From Dehalococcoidia bacterium (lineage in GTDB: Bacteria > Chloroflexota > Dehalococcoidia > Lucifugimonadales > UBA3495), in contig DUCU01000032.1 in NCBI GenBank assembly GCA_012959605.1, forward strand, positions 51,883-115,882: DNA of 64,000 bases, in the 5' to 3' direction. Positions 18,592 to 28,229 of the stretch are shown in pieces (within the stretch, counting starts at the first letter, position 1; each line of letters starts with the position of its first letter). The position numbers and the translations under genes are program-made. The notes beneath the pieces were generated by a model. That model saw nothing but the letters and a program-made list of their open reading frames with translations, was not told the origin of the DNA and did no database searches.

Positions 18592-19215
18592 ATGGCTGAC
18601 AACGGACACTCCCACGGCGACAACGCAGAATATTACGCACTACGGGCCGAGGCTATCCAAGCACTGCTGATTGAGAAGGGCGTCTGCACCATGGACGATA
18701 TTATGACCATGGCCGACAAGATTGACTCTCGCTCCCCCGCCGACGGCGCTAAGGTGCTAGCCCACGCCTGGGTTGACCCGGAATACAAAGCCAGGCTCCT
18801 GGCCGACGCCGAGTCTGCCCTCCTAGAACTAGGCTATGACTTGCCGGAGACGGCTCCCAAACTCACGGTTTTAGAGAACACGGACGACGTTCACAACATG
18901 GCCGTTTGCACGCTATGCTCCTGCTACCCCAGGGCCATCATTGGCCGACCACCCGCCTGGTACAAAGGCCTGGCCTACCGCTCTAGGGTCGTCGTTGACC
19001 CACGGGGTGTGCTGCAGGAGTTTGGCACGGAGCTTGATGAGGACGTGCAAGTCCGAGTGATCGACAGCAGCGCCGACTACCGCTATTTGGTCCTGCCCAA
19101 GCGCCCCGCCGGGACTGAAGGTATGAGCGAAGAAGACCTGGCCAAGTTGATCACCCAAGAAAGCATGATTGGGGTTGGTTTGGCTCTGACGCCGGAGCAA
19201 GTTAGCGCCAGCTAG
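18592..19215 (+). CDS. scnC: Co-type nitrile hydratase alpha / thiocyanate hydrolase gamma subunit
   Basis: VCTLCSCYP cobalt-binding motif followed by R rather than W. Also AWVDPEYKARLL and RYLVLPKRP. Confidence 0.85.
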   Translation: MADNGHSHGDNAEYYALRAEAIQALLIEKGVCTMDDIMTMADKIDSRSPADGAKVLAHAWVDPEYKARLLADAESALLELGYDLPETAPKLTVLENTDDVHNMAVCTLCSCYPRAIIGRPPAWYKGLAYRSRVVVDPRGVLQEFGTELDEDVQVRVIDSSADYRYLVLPKRPAGTEGMSEEDLAKLITQESMIGVGLALTPEQVSAS

Positions 19216-19234
19216 CAATAATCGCCGTAAACCA

Positions 19235-19269
19235 AAAAGTCATTCCAGATGCTATCTGGAATGACTTTT
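19235..19269. terminator. Bidirectional intrinsic terminator
   Basis: AAAAGTCATTCCAGAT-GCT-ATCTGGAATGACTTTT between convergent genes. Confidence 0.8.
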
Positions 19270-19299
19270 GTTTTTGCTGTGGTGACCCTGTAATCCGTA

Positions 19300-20109
19300 T
19301 TAGTCGGGTCTATCCAGCATCTGTTGGGGAATCTGTCCCAGCAGAATTTCAATGCCAGGCCTGGCCACGTCGTTCCCAAGTCCGATATGTAGCGGCGTAA
19401 TAGATATGCAGTTGCTCTTGATGGCCGCAATGTCGCTGTCCGGATGGGGTATCTCGGTGCTGGGTTTGTTCCTGGAGATCCAGTACCGCTTCTCTGGCCC
19501 AACGTTCTCGGCACGAACGTTTTCCCCCCAGGACCGGCCACCCAAACTGGTAACTCGCACGCCGGCCACCTGGTTCATCTCGATCTTCGGGATATTAACG
19601 TTCAAAAACAGGGTGTCGCCGGTGTAGTCCACAAATTTCTCGGCCAGCGGCTTGAGGATCTTCTCGGCAATGTCGTACTTGGTGTTGGTCACCGCCGCCA
19701 CGGAGATGGCAATCGTGTTTATACCGCGCACGAAGCTCTGTATTGCACCACCCACAGTCCCCGAGACCATCACGTCATAGCCAACGTTGGAGCCGGCGTT
19801 CACTCCGGACACGACCAAGTCTACATTTTCAACCAGACTCTCTAAAGCCAGGATGCAGCTATCGCCGGGCGTGCCTTCCACTGAAAACGCGCTCACCGGG
19901 TATAAGCCATCGCCCTCACCCTGAAATTCTTGTCCGACTGTCCATTCGCCTGCTTTGACCGGCGCATGGAGGGTTAAACACGCCCCCACACCGCTCTGTT
20001 GACGGTCGGGCGCAACCACGACGACCTCACCAACCTGCCGCAGTGCCCGGGCGGCTGCCCAAATGCCTGGAGCATTGATCCCGTCATCGTTTATAACCAG
20101 TATTTTCAT
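19300..20109 (-). CDS. surE: 5'/3'-nucleotidase SurE
   Basis: ILVINDDG, VAPDRQQSG, GTPGDS, VSGVNAG and SGTVGGA. Confidence 0.95.
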   Translation of the reverse strand: MKILVINDDGINAPGIWAAARALRQVGEVVVVAPDRQQSGVGACLTLHAPVKAGEWTVGQEFQGEGDGLYPVSAFSVEGTPGDSCILALESLVENVDLVVSGVNAGSNVGYDVMVSGTVGGAIQSFVRGINTIAISVAAVTNTKYDIAEKILKPLAEKFVDYTGDTLFLNVNIPKIEMNQVAGVRVTSLGGRSWGENVRAENVGPEKRYWISRNKPSTEIPHPDSDIAAIKSNCISITPLHIGLGNDVARPGIEILLGQIPQQMLDRPD

Positions 20110-20220
20110 GTGTCTTTTATGCCTAGACCGTGTATTTATCAATAATAATGGCCGGCCATTATTTTATCAGGTGCTTTTTCCAAACACAAAAGGGACGCGT
20201 CAGGTTACGTCACAATATCA

Positions 20221-20317
20221 GTCATTCCGGGTAAAAGGCCGATTTCGTGCAATTGCGTGGAGATCTGCCGCCAGTAATGAGAATCTTCGTCGGCCTGCGG
20301 CACTCCTCAGAATGACA
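20221..20317. repeat. Degenerate REP-like palindromic element (GTCATTC...GAATGAC type)
   Basis: Ends GTCATTC / GAATGAC, with right arm AATCTTCGTCGG..CTCCTCAGAATGACA. Confidence 0.55.
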
Positions 20318-20340
20318 GGCGTTGGCGGGATCACGCTAAT

Positions 20341-20376
20341 AAAAAAAGGGCACCCCACTTATGTGGGGTGCCCTTT
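20341..20376 (-). terminator. Intrinsic terminator of the coxSLM operon
   Basis: AAAGGGCACCCCAC / GTGGGGTGCCCTTT stem. The A7 run gives a U-tail on the minus strand. Confidence 0.85.
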
Positions 20377-20399
20377 GTGAATGCTACCTTGTCGGTTGC

Positions 20400-21287
20400 T
20401 TAGTTGTGATGAGCAAAGCCTGTGGCGTGGTAGATCGCATGTTTCAGCTCGATGGCCGCCATGGCTTGGCGGTATTCAGCCGAGGCGAAAACATCTCCAA
20501 AGACGTCAGAACCCAAATCGTTATGGATCAGGCTTGTCGCCGCGACGATGTTCTCTTCGTTCAACTCTTTCCCGACGAGAGCTTGTTCGACAGAAGGCCC
20601 GCGTGTGGGAATTGGTGTGAACCCGCCTACCGCTACTCTAGCGGCAGTGCAGATGTTGTTCTCCACGGTCACCACGATTCCAGCGCCCACCACGGCAAAG
20701 GACGTGGCCGGATGGGCCATTTTGGCGTACTCGGCATGCTGGTTGGCGGCCAAGACCGGCATCTCGATGGTTGTGAGAATCTCATTCTCTCCCAAGGCCG
20801 TCTCGAACGGACCAAGAAAGAAATCGTCGGCAGACACGGTTCGGGAACCGCCGCGCATGATGCCGCCAGTTCCCTGGATGGTGAACTTGGCGTCCATTAC
20901 CTTCAGCACCGTGGGCAGGTCTGATGCAGGGTCCGCGTGGGAGATGTTCCCGCCGATGGTCCCTCGGTTCCTCACCTGAGGATCACCGATGCCGTACGCC
21001 GTTTCCCAGAGGATACCGGCATTGTCTTTTACGTCATGTGAGTCGGCGATCTCTGCGTGGGTGGTGAGAGCGCCGATGCGCAGGATGCCGTTTGCGACGG
21101 ATATCCCCCGCATTTCCTCGATTCCGCCAATGTCGATCAGCATCAGAATGCTGGTCAGGCGCAATTTCATCATCGGCAAGAGACTGTGGCCGCCAGCAAT
21201 GATCTTGGCGCCGGGGTTGCTAGCTAGAAGCTGGATGGCTTCTGAGACGGAACTGGCTTTCTGGTAATCAAATTTTGTTGCAAACAT
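20400..21287 (-). CDS. coxM: CO dehydrogenase/xanthine oxidase family FAD-binding medium subunit
   Basis: AGGHSLLPMMKLR, RIGALTTH and IGDPQVRNRGTIGG. Confidence 0.9.
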   Translation of the reverse strand: MFATKFDYQKASSVSEAIQLLASNPGAKIIAGGHSLLPMMKLRLTSILMLIDIGGIEEMRGISVANGILRIGALTTHAEIADSHDVKDNAGILWETAYGIGDPQVRNRGTIGGNISHADPASDLPTVLKVMDAKFTIQGTGGIMRGGSRTVSADDFFLGPFETALGENEILTTIEMPVLAANQHAEYAKMAHPATSFAVVGAGIVVTVENNICTAARVAVGGFTPIPTRGPSVEQALVGKELNEENIVAATSLIHNDLGSDVFGDVFASAEYRQAMAAIELKHAIYHATGFAHHN

Positions 21288-21290
21288 CGT

Positions 21291-23642
21291 TTAGCTCCCC
21301 TGTTGCTGGCGAATGGCCCGCCAGACTTTTTCCGGGGTTAGTGGCATTTCCAGGCTGGTGATGCCCAGTGGTCGCAGAGCGTCGATCACCGCGTTGTACA
21401 CGGTAACCGTGGAGGCGATGGCCCCAGTCTCACCGATACCCTTTACGCCCAACGGGTTGTGGGGCGACGGCGTTTCGGTGCTAAGCACTTCCATGTTTGG
21501 CAGTAGGTGTGCCCGTGGCAGCGCGTAGTCGACCATGGAGCCAGTTATCAACTGGCCATCGTCGTTGTAGACCGCGCCCTCCCACAGAGCCTGCCCAATG
21601 CCTTGTACAACTCCGCCGTGAACCTGGCCTTCAACAATCATCGGGTTTATTTGAGGACCGCAGTCGTCGCCGGCGATATACCGCCGAATTACGATATGTC
21701 CGTTGTCGGCATCTACATCTACCACTGCCAAGTGGGTGCCGAAAGGGTAAACGAAGTTTGGCGGGTCATAGAAGGCCGAAGCCTCAAGACCGGGCTCCAT
21801 TCCTTCCGGCAGGTTCCAGGCCACGTTGGCCATGGTTGCCAACTCCTGGATTGACTTGGTCTGGTCTGGAGATCCCTTTACGGTGAAATGGCCGTCGACG
21901 TATTCAACGTCGGCCTCCGCGGCTTCCAGCAGGTGGGCTGCCAAGAGTCGGGCCTTTTCTTTGATCTTTCGGGCCGCGAGGACCATGGCCGCCGCGCCGA
22001 CTGCTGTGGTCCGGCTGCCGTAGGTTCCCCAGCCCATGGGGGTGTTGCTGGTGTCGCCGTGGACGATGGAAACATCGTCCACATCAACGCCTAATTCGTC
22101 AGATATTATCTGGGCAAAGGTTGTTTCCTCTCCCTGACCGTGGGGGGAGATTCCGGAGTAGACATTGACCTTTCCGGTGGGATGGAACCGCACAATCGCG
22201 CTCTCCCACAGACCACCACCGAAACCAACCGCACCAGCGACCTGGGAAGGGCCAAGGCCGCAGATTTCGGCATAGCAAGTAACACCGATGCCCATGTAAT
22301 GGCCGCTCTCCTGCAACCTGGTCTGCTCTTGGCGCAGGGCCTGATAATCGGCCTGGCCTAGAACCATGTTCAACAGCGGTTCGTAGTCGCCACTGTCGTA
22401 GGTGATACCGCTGGCAACGTCGTGTCCGTCTTCAAACTTGGGTATCAGGTTCTTCCGGCGCAGTTCAACGGGGTCAATACCCAGCTCGACTGCCAACAGG
22501 TCAACCAGTCGTTCCACCAAGAAGGTGGCTTCCGGACGACCCGCACCGCGGTAGGCATCCACCGGAGTAGTGTTGCTGAACACGCCGTAGACGTCGGCTT
22601 TGGTGGCTCCAATGTCGTAGGCGCCAGAGTAAATCAGCCCATGCAAAATGGTCGGCACACCGGGGCCGGCAGTGGAAAGGTAAGCCCCCATACCGGCGTA
22701 GATCTTGGTCCGGATGGCCGTGATCTTACCTTCTCGCGTCGCTGCCATCTCCACGTACTCAACATGGTCGCGGCCATGGATGGTAGACAAGAACCCCTCG
22801 GAACGGGTGGCGGTCCACTTGACCGGGAGGCCCAACTGCATGGAGCAGAAGGACGCGATCATCTCATCGGCGTACATGGGAATCTTGCTGCCAAACCCAC
22901 CACCGACTTCAGTAGCAATAACCCGTATCTTATGCTCGCCAATACCAGTGACCAATGAAGCCAAAAAGCGGCAGATATGAGGATTTTGACTGGTGCTCCA
23001 GAGAGTCAATTCCCCCGTGGCTCTTGTCCAGCTAGCCACTGCAGAGCGAGGTTCCATGGCGTTGGGAATCAACCGTTGTTGGATGATTTTGTCTTTAACA
23101 ATCACATCGGCAGCTTCAAATGCGACATCGGTGTCGCCGCCTTCGGCCACCCAGTGAAAGGCCTGGTTATTGGGTGCGTCTTCGTGCAACTGAGGCGCGC
23201 CCGGCTGCATCGCTGCTTCAGGGTTGGTTACCGCCGGCAGCGGTGAATAATCAACGTTAATCAATTCCAGGGCATCTTCTGCCTGGTATCGGTCCTCAGC
23301 CACCACCACGGCCACGGCGTCACCCTGATAGCGGGCCACATCTTTAGCAATGGATGGGTGGGCGACAGCCACCAAGTCTGCTCCCGGCGGAACCCAGGCG
23401 CAGGGGATGGGATTCAACACGCCGTCCGTATCAGCTCCGGTATATATCGCCACCACCCCTGGCGCTGCGGCCGCTGCGGAGGTATCTACACTATTAATCT
23501 TGGCGTGGGCGTGGGGACTGCGAAGGATGGCTGCGTAGAGCATCCCCGGAAGTTGAACATCGTCTGTGTAGGTTGCGCCGCCGGTGATTAACCTTGGGTC
23601 TTCACGGCGACGTATACCCGATCCAAATATTCTTGTCGTCAT
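21291..23642 (-). CDS. coxL: Molybdopterin large subunit, form II CoxL-like
   Basis: RREDPRLITG, VGGGFGSK, AYRGAGR, HGQG, EGQVHGG and KGIGE. Confidence 0.9.
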   Translation of the reverse strand: MTTRIFGSGIRRREDPRLITGGATYTDDVQLPGMLYAAILRSPHAHAKINSVDTSAAAAAPGVVAIYTGADTDGVLNPIPCAWVPPGADLVAVAHPSIAKDVARYQGDAVAVVVAEDRYQAEDALELINVDYSPLPAVTNPEAAMQPGAPQLHEDAPNNQAFHWVAEGGDTDVAFEAADVIVKDKIIQQRLIPNAMEPRSAVASWTRATGELTLWSTSQNPHICRFLASLVTGIGEHKIRVIATEVGGGFGSKIPMYADEMIASFCSMQLGLPVKWTATRSEGFLSTIHGRDHVEYVEMAATREGKITAIRTKIYAGMGAYLSTAGPGVPTILHGLIYSGAYDIGATKADVYGVFSNTTPVDAYRGAGRPEATFLVERLVDLLAVELGIDPVELRRKNLIPKFEDGHDVASGITYDSGDYEPLLNMVLGQADYQALRQEQTRLQESGHYMGIGVTCYAEICGLGPSQVAGAVGFGGGLWESAIVRFHPTGKVNVYSGISPHGQGEETTFAQIISDELGVDVDDVSIVHGDTSNTPMGWGTYGSRTTAVGAAAMVLAARKIKEKARLLAAHLLEAAEADVEYVDGHFTVKGSPDQTKSIQELATMANVAWNLPEGMEPGLEASAFYDPPNFVYPFGTHLAVVDVDADNGHIVIRRYIAGDDCGPQINPMIVEGQVHGGVVQGIGQALWEGAVYNDDGQLITGSMVDYALPRAHLLPNMEVLSTETPSPHNPLGVKGIGETGAIASTVTVYNAVIDALRPLGITSLEMPLTPEKVWRAIRQQQGS

Positions 23643-23644
23643 GG

Positions 23645-24109
23645 TTAGCTCCTCATTACTTCGGCGGCTGCCTGGATCGACTTAACGATGTTCTGGTAGC
23701 CGGTACAGCGACAGATGTTGCCCTTTAGTCCATCGCGGATTTCATCGTCAGATGGATTAGCATTTTTCTTGAGCAATTCCATCGTGGTGATGATCATTCC
23801 GGAGGTGCAGTAGCCGCATTGCAGGCCATGATTGTTCCAGAACGCCTCTTGCACCGGGTCTAATTCACCGTTATTAGAGACGCCTTCGATAGTCGTAATC
23901 TCACTTCCATTGGCTTGGACTGCCAGACAGGTGCAGGATTTAACCGTCTTGCCGTCCATGCTCACCACACATGCGCCACATTGGCTAGTGTCACAGCCAA
24001 TCTTGGTGCCCGTCAGCCCCAGATCGTCTCTGATGAAATGAACTAGCAGTAAGCGTGGATCTACGTCTTTTTCTTGGACTTTTCCGTTTACGGTTAGCTG
24101 AATATTCAA
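23645..24109 (-). CDS. coxS: 2x[2Fe-2S] small subunit
   Basis: [15 protein letters not shown] and CRCTGY. Confidence 0.92.
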   Translation of the reverse strand: MNIQLTVNGKVQEKDVDPRLLLVHFIRDDLGLTGTKIGCDTSQCGACVVSMDGKTVKSCTCLAVQANGSEITTIEGVSNNGELDPVQEAFWNNHGLQCGYCTSGMIITTMELLKKNANPSDDEIRDGLKGNICRCTGYQNIVKSIQAAAEVMRS

Positions 24110-24368
24110 GATTGCTCCCTTGCGTGATGAATAAACGGTATATAAATGCCTTGGCCAGGCGTGGATTAAGCTCAGGCGGCAGAAGTGCCCAGAGTATATA
24201 CTTGGCCAGATACAGCGTCAACGGCCTGTAGCCAGGCATGGATTCACGGCTGTAGTTGCGCAAATATTAGGCTGGCACTATCATTTTATCTGCGTCTAAT
24301 TCACGGAGCCTAAATCCCCCGTCCTTTGGCTTTGATTTAAACCAAGCTCCAAACGGCCAATATTAAGG

Positions 24369-25682
24369 ATGACAATGTTCCCTCAGAGTGTTTTTCCCGA
24401 TAGCGCTGAAGTCGACTCGCAAGGCGAGCTGATTCTGGGCGGCTGCAAGGCCAGCGACTTAGCCGCAGAGTACGGCACCCCGGTGTACGTGCTGGACGAA
24501 GACACCCTACGGGCTCGCTGCCGCAGCTTTATTGATGAGTTTCGCAAGATTTACCCCGCCACCAGCGTCTCTTACGCCTGCAAGGCCTACATCAATCCCA
24601 TCTTAGCCAAACTATTTTTGGAAGAGGGCATGGGCTTTGACGTTGTATCCGGGGGTGAGTTAGCCACCACGGTCAGCGCGGGAATCCCCATGGATGAGGT
24701 CTATTTTCACGGCAACAATAAAACCCCTCAGGAGCTTGAAGAGGCGTTGGAACACTCCATTGGCTGGGTGGTTGTGGACAGCTTCCACGAGATTGAACTG
24801 CTGGACCGATTGGCCGGAGAGGCTGGAAAGACCCAGGACATTCTCATCAGAGTATCTCCGGGCGTTGACCCTCACACTCATGAGTACACCACCACCGGCA
24901 TATTGGACTCTAAGTTTGGCTTTTCGATTCAGACAGGCCACGCTGCCGAAGCCATCCGTTTGGGCTTGGCCGCCAAGAACCTGAATCTGCACGGCCTGCA
25001 TTTCCATTTGGGCTCCCCGATCTTTGAGTTGGAGCCGTACCGCGTGGCCGTTGACCTGGTGCTTAGATTTGCCGCCCAGTTCCGCGAAGAAGGACTTGAG
25101 CTGCAGCGTTTCAGCCCTGGTGGCGGGTTCGCCATTAGCTACAAGCGTGAGGATGAGCCACCCGCAGTGTCCGACTACGCCGAGGCGATTATCTCCACTA
25201 TGACGGAAACCTGCCAAGACCTAGGCATGGAACTACCGTCTCTGGTGATTGAACCTGGCCGGGCGATCATCGGACCCGCCGGTGTTGCTCTCTACCGCGT
25301 TGGGGCGATTAAAGACGTGCCAGGTGTTAGGAAATTCGTCAGTGTTGACGGCGGCATGGGCGACAACATTAGGCCCGCGCTCTATCAAGCAGAATACGAA
25401 GTCCTTGCCGCCAACAAGGCCAATCAGGAGCTGGTGGAAAAAGTAACTATCGCCGGCAAGTACTGCGAATCTGGTGACCTTCTGGCCACGGACGTGATGA
25501 TGCCTAAGCTGGAGGCTGGTGACCTGCTGGCAATACCTGCCGCCGGCGCCTACTGTCCCTCCATGGCCAGCACCTACAACATGAACCCAAAGCCGCCAAT
25601 GGTCCTGGTCAAAGACGGCAAAAGCCGCCTGATTCGCCGCAGAGAGACCTACCAAGATTTACTACACCTCGACCTGGTATAA
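24369..25682 (+). CDS. lysA: Diaminopimelate decarboxylase
   Basis: YACKA, FHGNNK, SKFG, HFHLGS, EPGR, DGGM.DN.RP.LY and CESGD. Confidence 0.95.
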   Translation: MTMFPQSVFPDSAEVDSQGELILGGCKASDLAAEYGTPVYVLDEDTLRARCRSFIDEFRKIYPATSVSYACKAYINPILAKLFLEEGMGFDVVSGGELATTVSAGIPMDEVYFHGNNKTPQELEEALEHSIGWVVVDSFHEIELLDRLAGEAGKTQDILIRVSPGVDPHTHEYTTTGILDSKFGFSIQTGHAAEAIRLGLAAKNLNLHGLHFHLGSPIFELEPYRVAVDLVLRFAAQFREEGLELQRFSPGGGFAISYKREDEPPAVSDYAEAIISTMTETCQDLGMELPSLVIEPGRAIIGPAGVALYRVGAIKDVPGVRKFVSVDGGMGDNIRPALYQAEYEVLAANKANQELVEKVTIAGKYCESGDLLATDVMMPKLEAGDLLAIPAAGAYCPSMASTYNMNPKPPMVLVKDGKSRLIRRRETYQDLLHLDLV

Positions 25683-25729
25683 ACCTGACTCATAGTGTCC
25701 TTGCGTTGTATTAATTGGTAGAATTCAGG

Positions 25730-25757
25730 TTGAATACAATATCCTTCAGTTTATAAT
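25730..25757 (+). promoter_or_regulatory. Sigma70-type promoter candidate for holB
   Basis: TTGAAT-16 nt-TATAAT. Confidence 0.5.
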
Positions 25758-25777
25758 CAAGTGGAAAGCAGGTTTTT

Positions 25778-26797
25778 ATGTGGACCATCTTTGGTCAAGA
25801 TCATCTGCTCAAACGGCTTGAGCCAAGCCTCAAGCAACGGCGGCAGTCCCACGCCTACCTGCTGAGCGGCCCATCTCATGTGGGCAAAATGGCACTTGCC
25901 ACTAATATGTGCCAGGCCGTAAATTGTTTAGACGGATTCGGTGAGCCCTGCGGTTCTTGCACACAGTGCACCAGAATAGCCCAGGGGCATCATTCCGACA
26001 TCCGAATTCTGGCTCCCGGCCAAGGTGAAGAAGGCCGGTCTGCCAAAACTATGATTGGCATCAACGAAATAAAAGAAGCACTGCGCCGCGTGCACTTAAA
26101 CCCTTACGAGGGTTCCACAAGCGTAGTGATTATAGATGGCGCTGAATCCATGAGCGACGATGGCGCCAATGCTCTGTTAAAAACCCTGGAAGAACCGCCC
26201 CCGCAGGTCATGTTCCTGCTACTCACAGCCAATGAAGACGCCGTATTGCCCACGGTCCGATCACGCTGCCAAACCATGATCTTGGTGCCGTTACCCAAAG
26301 ACAAGATGATCGAACGGCTGGTCACCGATCACCAAGCAACGCCAGAGTTGGCGGAACAATTGTTCCGCCTCTCACGGGGTTGTCTTGGTTGGGCCATTGG
26401 CGCGTTGGAGAATTCGCAGGTATTGGAACAACGACAAGCAGACCTAGAGAAGATCAAAGAAACCCTGGATGCGGGACTGGAAACCCGTTTCACCTACGCC
26501 AACGAAGTTGCCTCCCTATTTGGCACCGACCGAGATGCCGCTAAGGACTTATTGGCCCTTTGGCTCCGTTGGTGGCGGGACCTTCTCTTAATCAAAGAGG
26601 GCGCGGAAGAATTTCTCCATAATTCGGACCACGCGGATTCCTTAAGGAACCAAGCGTCAGGCTTGAGCACGGCAGAAATCGTGCAGTTTATCAACCGGCT
26701 GATGCAAACGTTGTCGAATCTAGATAGTAACGTCAGCCCACGTCTGGCGATGGAAGTTTTAATGCTGAATCTACCAATTGAAGCAGGCCAAGTATGA
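25778..26797 (+). CDS. holB: DNA polymerase III subunit delta'
   Basis: HAYLLSGP..VGK, Cys4 zinc module (C..PCGSCTQC), NALLKTLEEP and TVRSRC. Confidence 0.92.
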   Translation: MWTIFGQDHLLKRLEPSLKQRRQSHAYLLSGPSHVGKMALATNMCQAVNCLDGFGEPCGSCTQCTRIAQGHHSDIRILAPGQGEEGRSAKTMIGINEIKEALRRVHLNPYEGSTSVVIIDGAESMSDDGANALLKTLEEPPPQVMFLLLTANEDAVLPTVRSRCQTMILVPLPKDKMIERLVTDHQATPELAEQLFRLSRGCLGWAIGALENSQVLEQRQADLEKIKETLDAGLETRFTYANEVASLFGTDRDAAKDLLALWLRWWRDLLLIKEGAEEFLHNSDHADSLRNQASGLSTAEIVQFINRLMQTLSNLDSNVSPRLAMEVLMLNLPIEAGQV

Positions 26798-27609
26798 CCC
26801 AAGTTGTGGGCGTACGCTGGAGAGAAGCAGACCCGGTGAGCTACGCCACTGCAGAAGATTTCACCCTGCCAATGAAAAGCTACGTGGTTGTGCAGATGGA
26901 GAAATCCCAGGAATTAGCCAGGGTTTGCCGCGATAGCAAACAATTGGTGGCCTGCCTCCCCGATTCGGGCCTCGGAATGCGCGTCGTGCACAGGGCCCAC
27001 GGCCGGTGACCTTGGCCGCTTGCAACAGAACCGTGAATCTGAAGAAGTGACCTTCAAGATTGCCCGTAAAAAGCCAGGGAATTAAACATTCCCATGAAGA
27101 TCGTAGGCGCACATTACACCTTTCACCACTCTCGCATGGTGGTGACATTTGGCGCAGAGGGTCGGGTCGACTTTCGTCCGTTGATCCACGCATTGAGCTC
27201 AGCTACCGGTGGCCGAGTCGAATTGCGGCAGGTTGGCGACCGAGACATCGCCAAGCTGACTGGTGGAATTGGCCGTTGCGGAAACGAACTATGTTGCGTC
27301 AAATGGATAGACAAATTTGAATCCGCATCTGTTCGCATGGCCAAAGAACAGTCGCTGCCCATCAGTGCCGAGGGGCTTGCCGGCGCCTGTGGTCGACTGC
27401 GATGCTGCCTGCGGTTTGAGTACGACCAATACCGCCAGGTCAACAAGTTGCTGCCTAAGATTGGGGAATTGGTGGGGACGCCTTCAGGAGCAGCCACAGT
27501 AATCGTGGGACACCGGATGAAAGAAACAGTATCGGTCCGCTACGACGATGACCGGGTGTTGGAACTACCCCTGGCAGAAGTTGTCGCGAACCAACCTTCA
27601 CGCAACTAA
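26794..27609 (+). pseudogene. ricT: PSP1/RicT (YaaT) protein disrupted by two compensating frameshifts
   Basis: N-terminal VVGVRW and C-terminal RVDFR, GRCGNELCC and GACGRLRCCL are in the same frame. The segment ~26998-27070 reads correctly only in a shifted frame. Confidence 0.8.
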
Positions 27610-27613
27610 AAGT

Positions 27614-28201
27614 TTACTCGTTGGTCCCGTCTCTTATGGACCAGGGGATATAGAGCTTCCATTCTTCCAAGATCACCCTATTCTGTAGTATCAGATAGGG
27701 GTTGGGGTCTGGAGCTCTCGGCGTTGTACCCAACCTCATTTTAGCCTCATCCGGAGTGCGCCCTGCTTTGTGCAGGTTGCAGCCGTTGCAGGCCGCCACC
27801 ACATTCTCCCAGGTATTCGCGCCGTGCTGACGCCGGGGAATAACGTGATCCAGCGTTAGATCCCGGGGTTTCTTACCGCAGTACTGACAGGTGTACTTAT
27901 CACGCAGAAAAACTTCCTTCTTGGACAGTTTCCTGGGTAGAAAGGGCCGCTTAACCATGTAGTCCAACCGAATGATCGAAGGGGCGTCGATCTCTCGATC
28001 CACGGTGTGGAGATATCCGGGGTGGTTCTCGAGTAATTCGGCCTTTCCCTTGGTAACCAGGACAATCGCGCGGCGAACCGTGCAAATGTTCACGGGGACG
28101 TAATTCAGGTTCAACACCAGTACTGGCGCTCGGATTAAAACGTCAACGTCCACCGCCTCCGCAACTCCATCTTCTAAAGTGTCGCGGACTGCGCCATTCA
28201 T
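27614..28201 (-). CDS. HNH endonuclease (McrA-like, CxxC...HNH)
   Basis: VLVLNLNY, RDKYTCQYCG, LTLDHVIPR and WENVVAACNGCN. Start uncertain (between about 28153 and 28234). Confidence 0.9.
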   Translation of the reverse strand: MNGAVRDTLEDGVAEAVDVDVLIRAPVLVLNLNYVPVNICTVRRAIVLVTKGKAELLENHPGYLHTVDREIDAPSIIRLDYMVKRPFLPRKLSKKEVFLRDKYTCQYCGKKPRDLTLDHVIPRRQHGANTWENVVAACNGCNLHKAGRTPDEAKMRLGTTPRAPDPNPYLILQNRVILEEWKLYIPWSIRDGTNE

Positions 28202-28229
28202 CAAGGATCGTTTTATTTCCGCCTGTTTT

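Noticed and set aside
21291-23642. Bona fide form I CO dehydrogenase
   Set aside because: The motif is AYRGAGR rather than AYxCSFR, and the gene order is S-L-M.
27007-27009. Selenocysteine read-through of the TGA in ricT
   Set aside because: Three further in-frame stops follow, including a TAA. Frameshifts explain the pattern.
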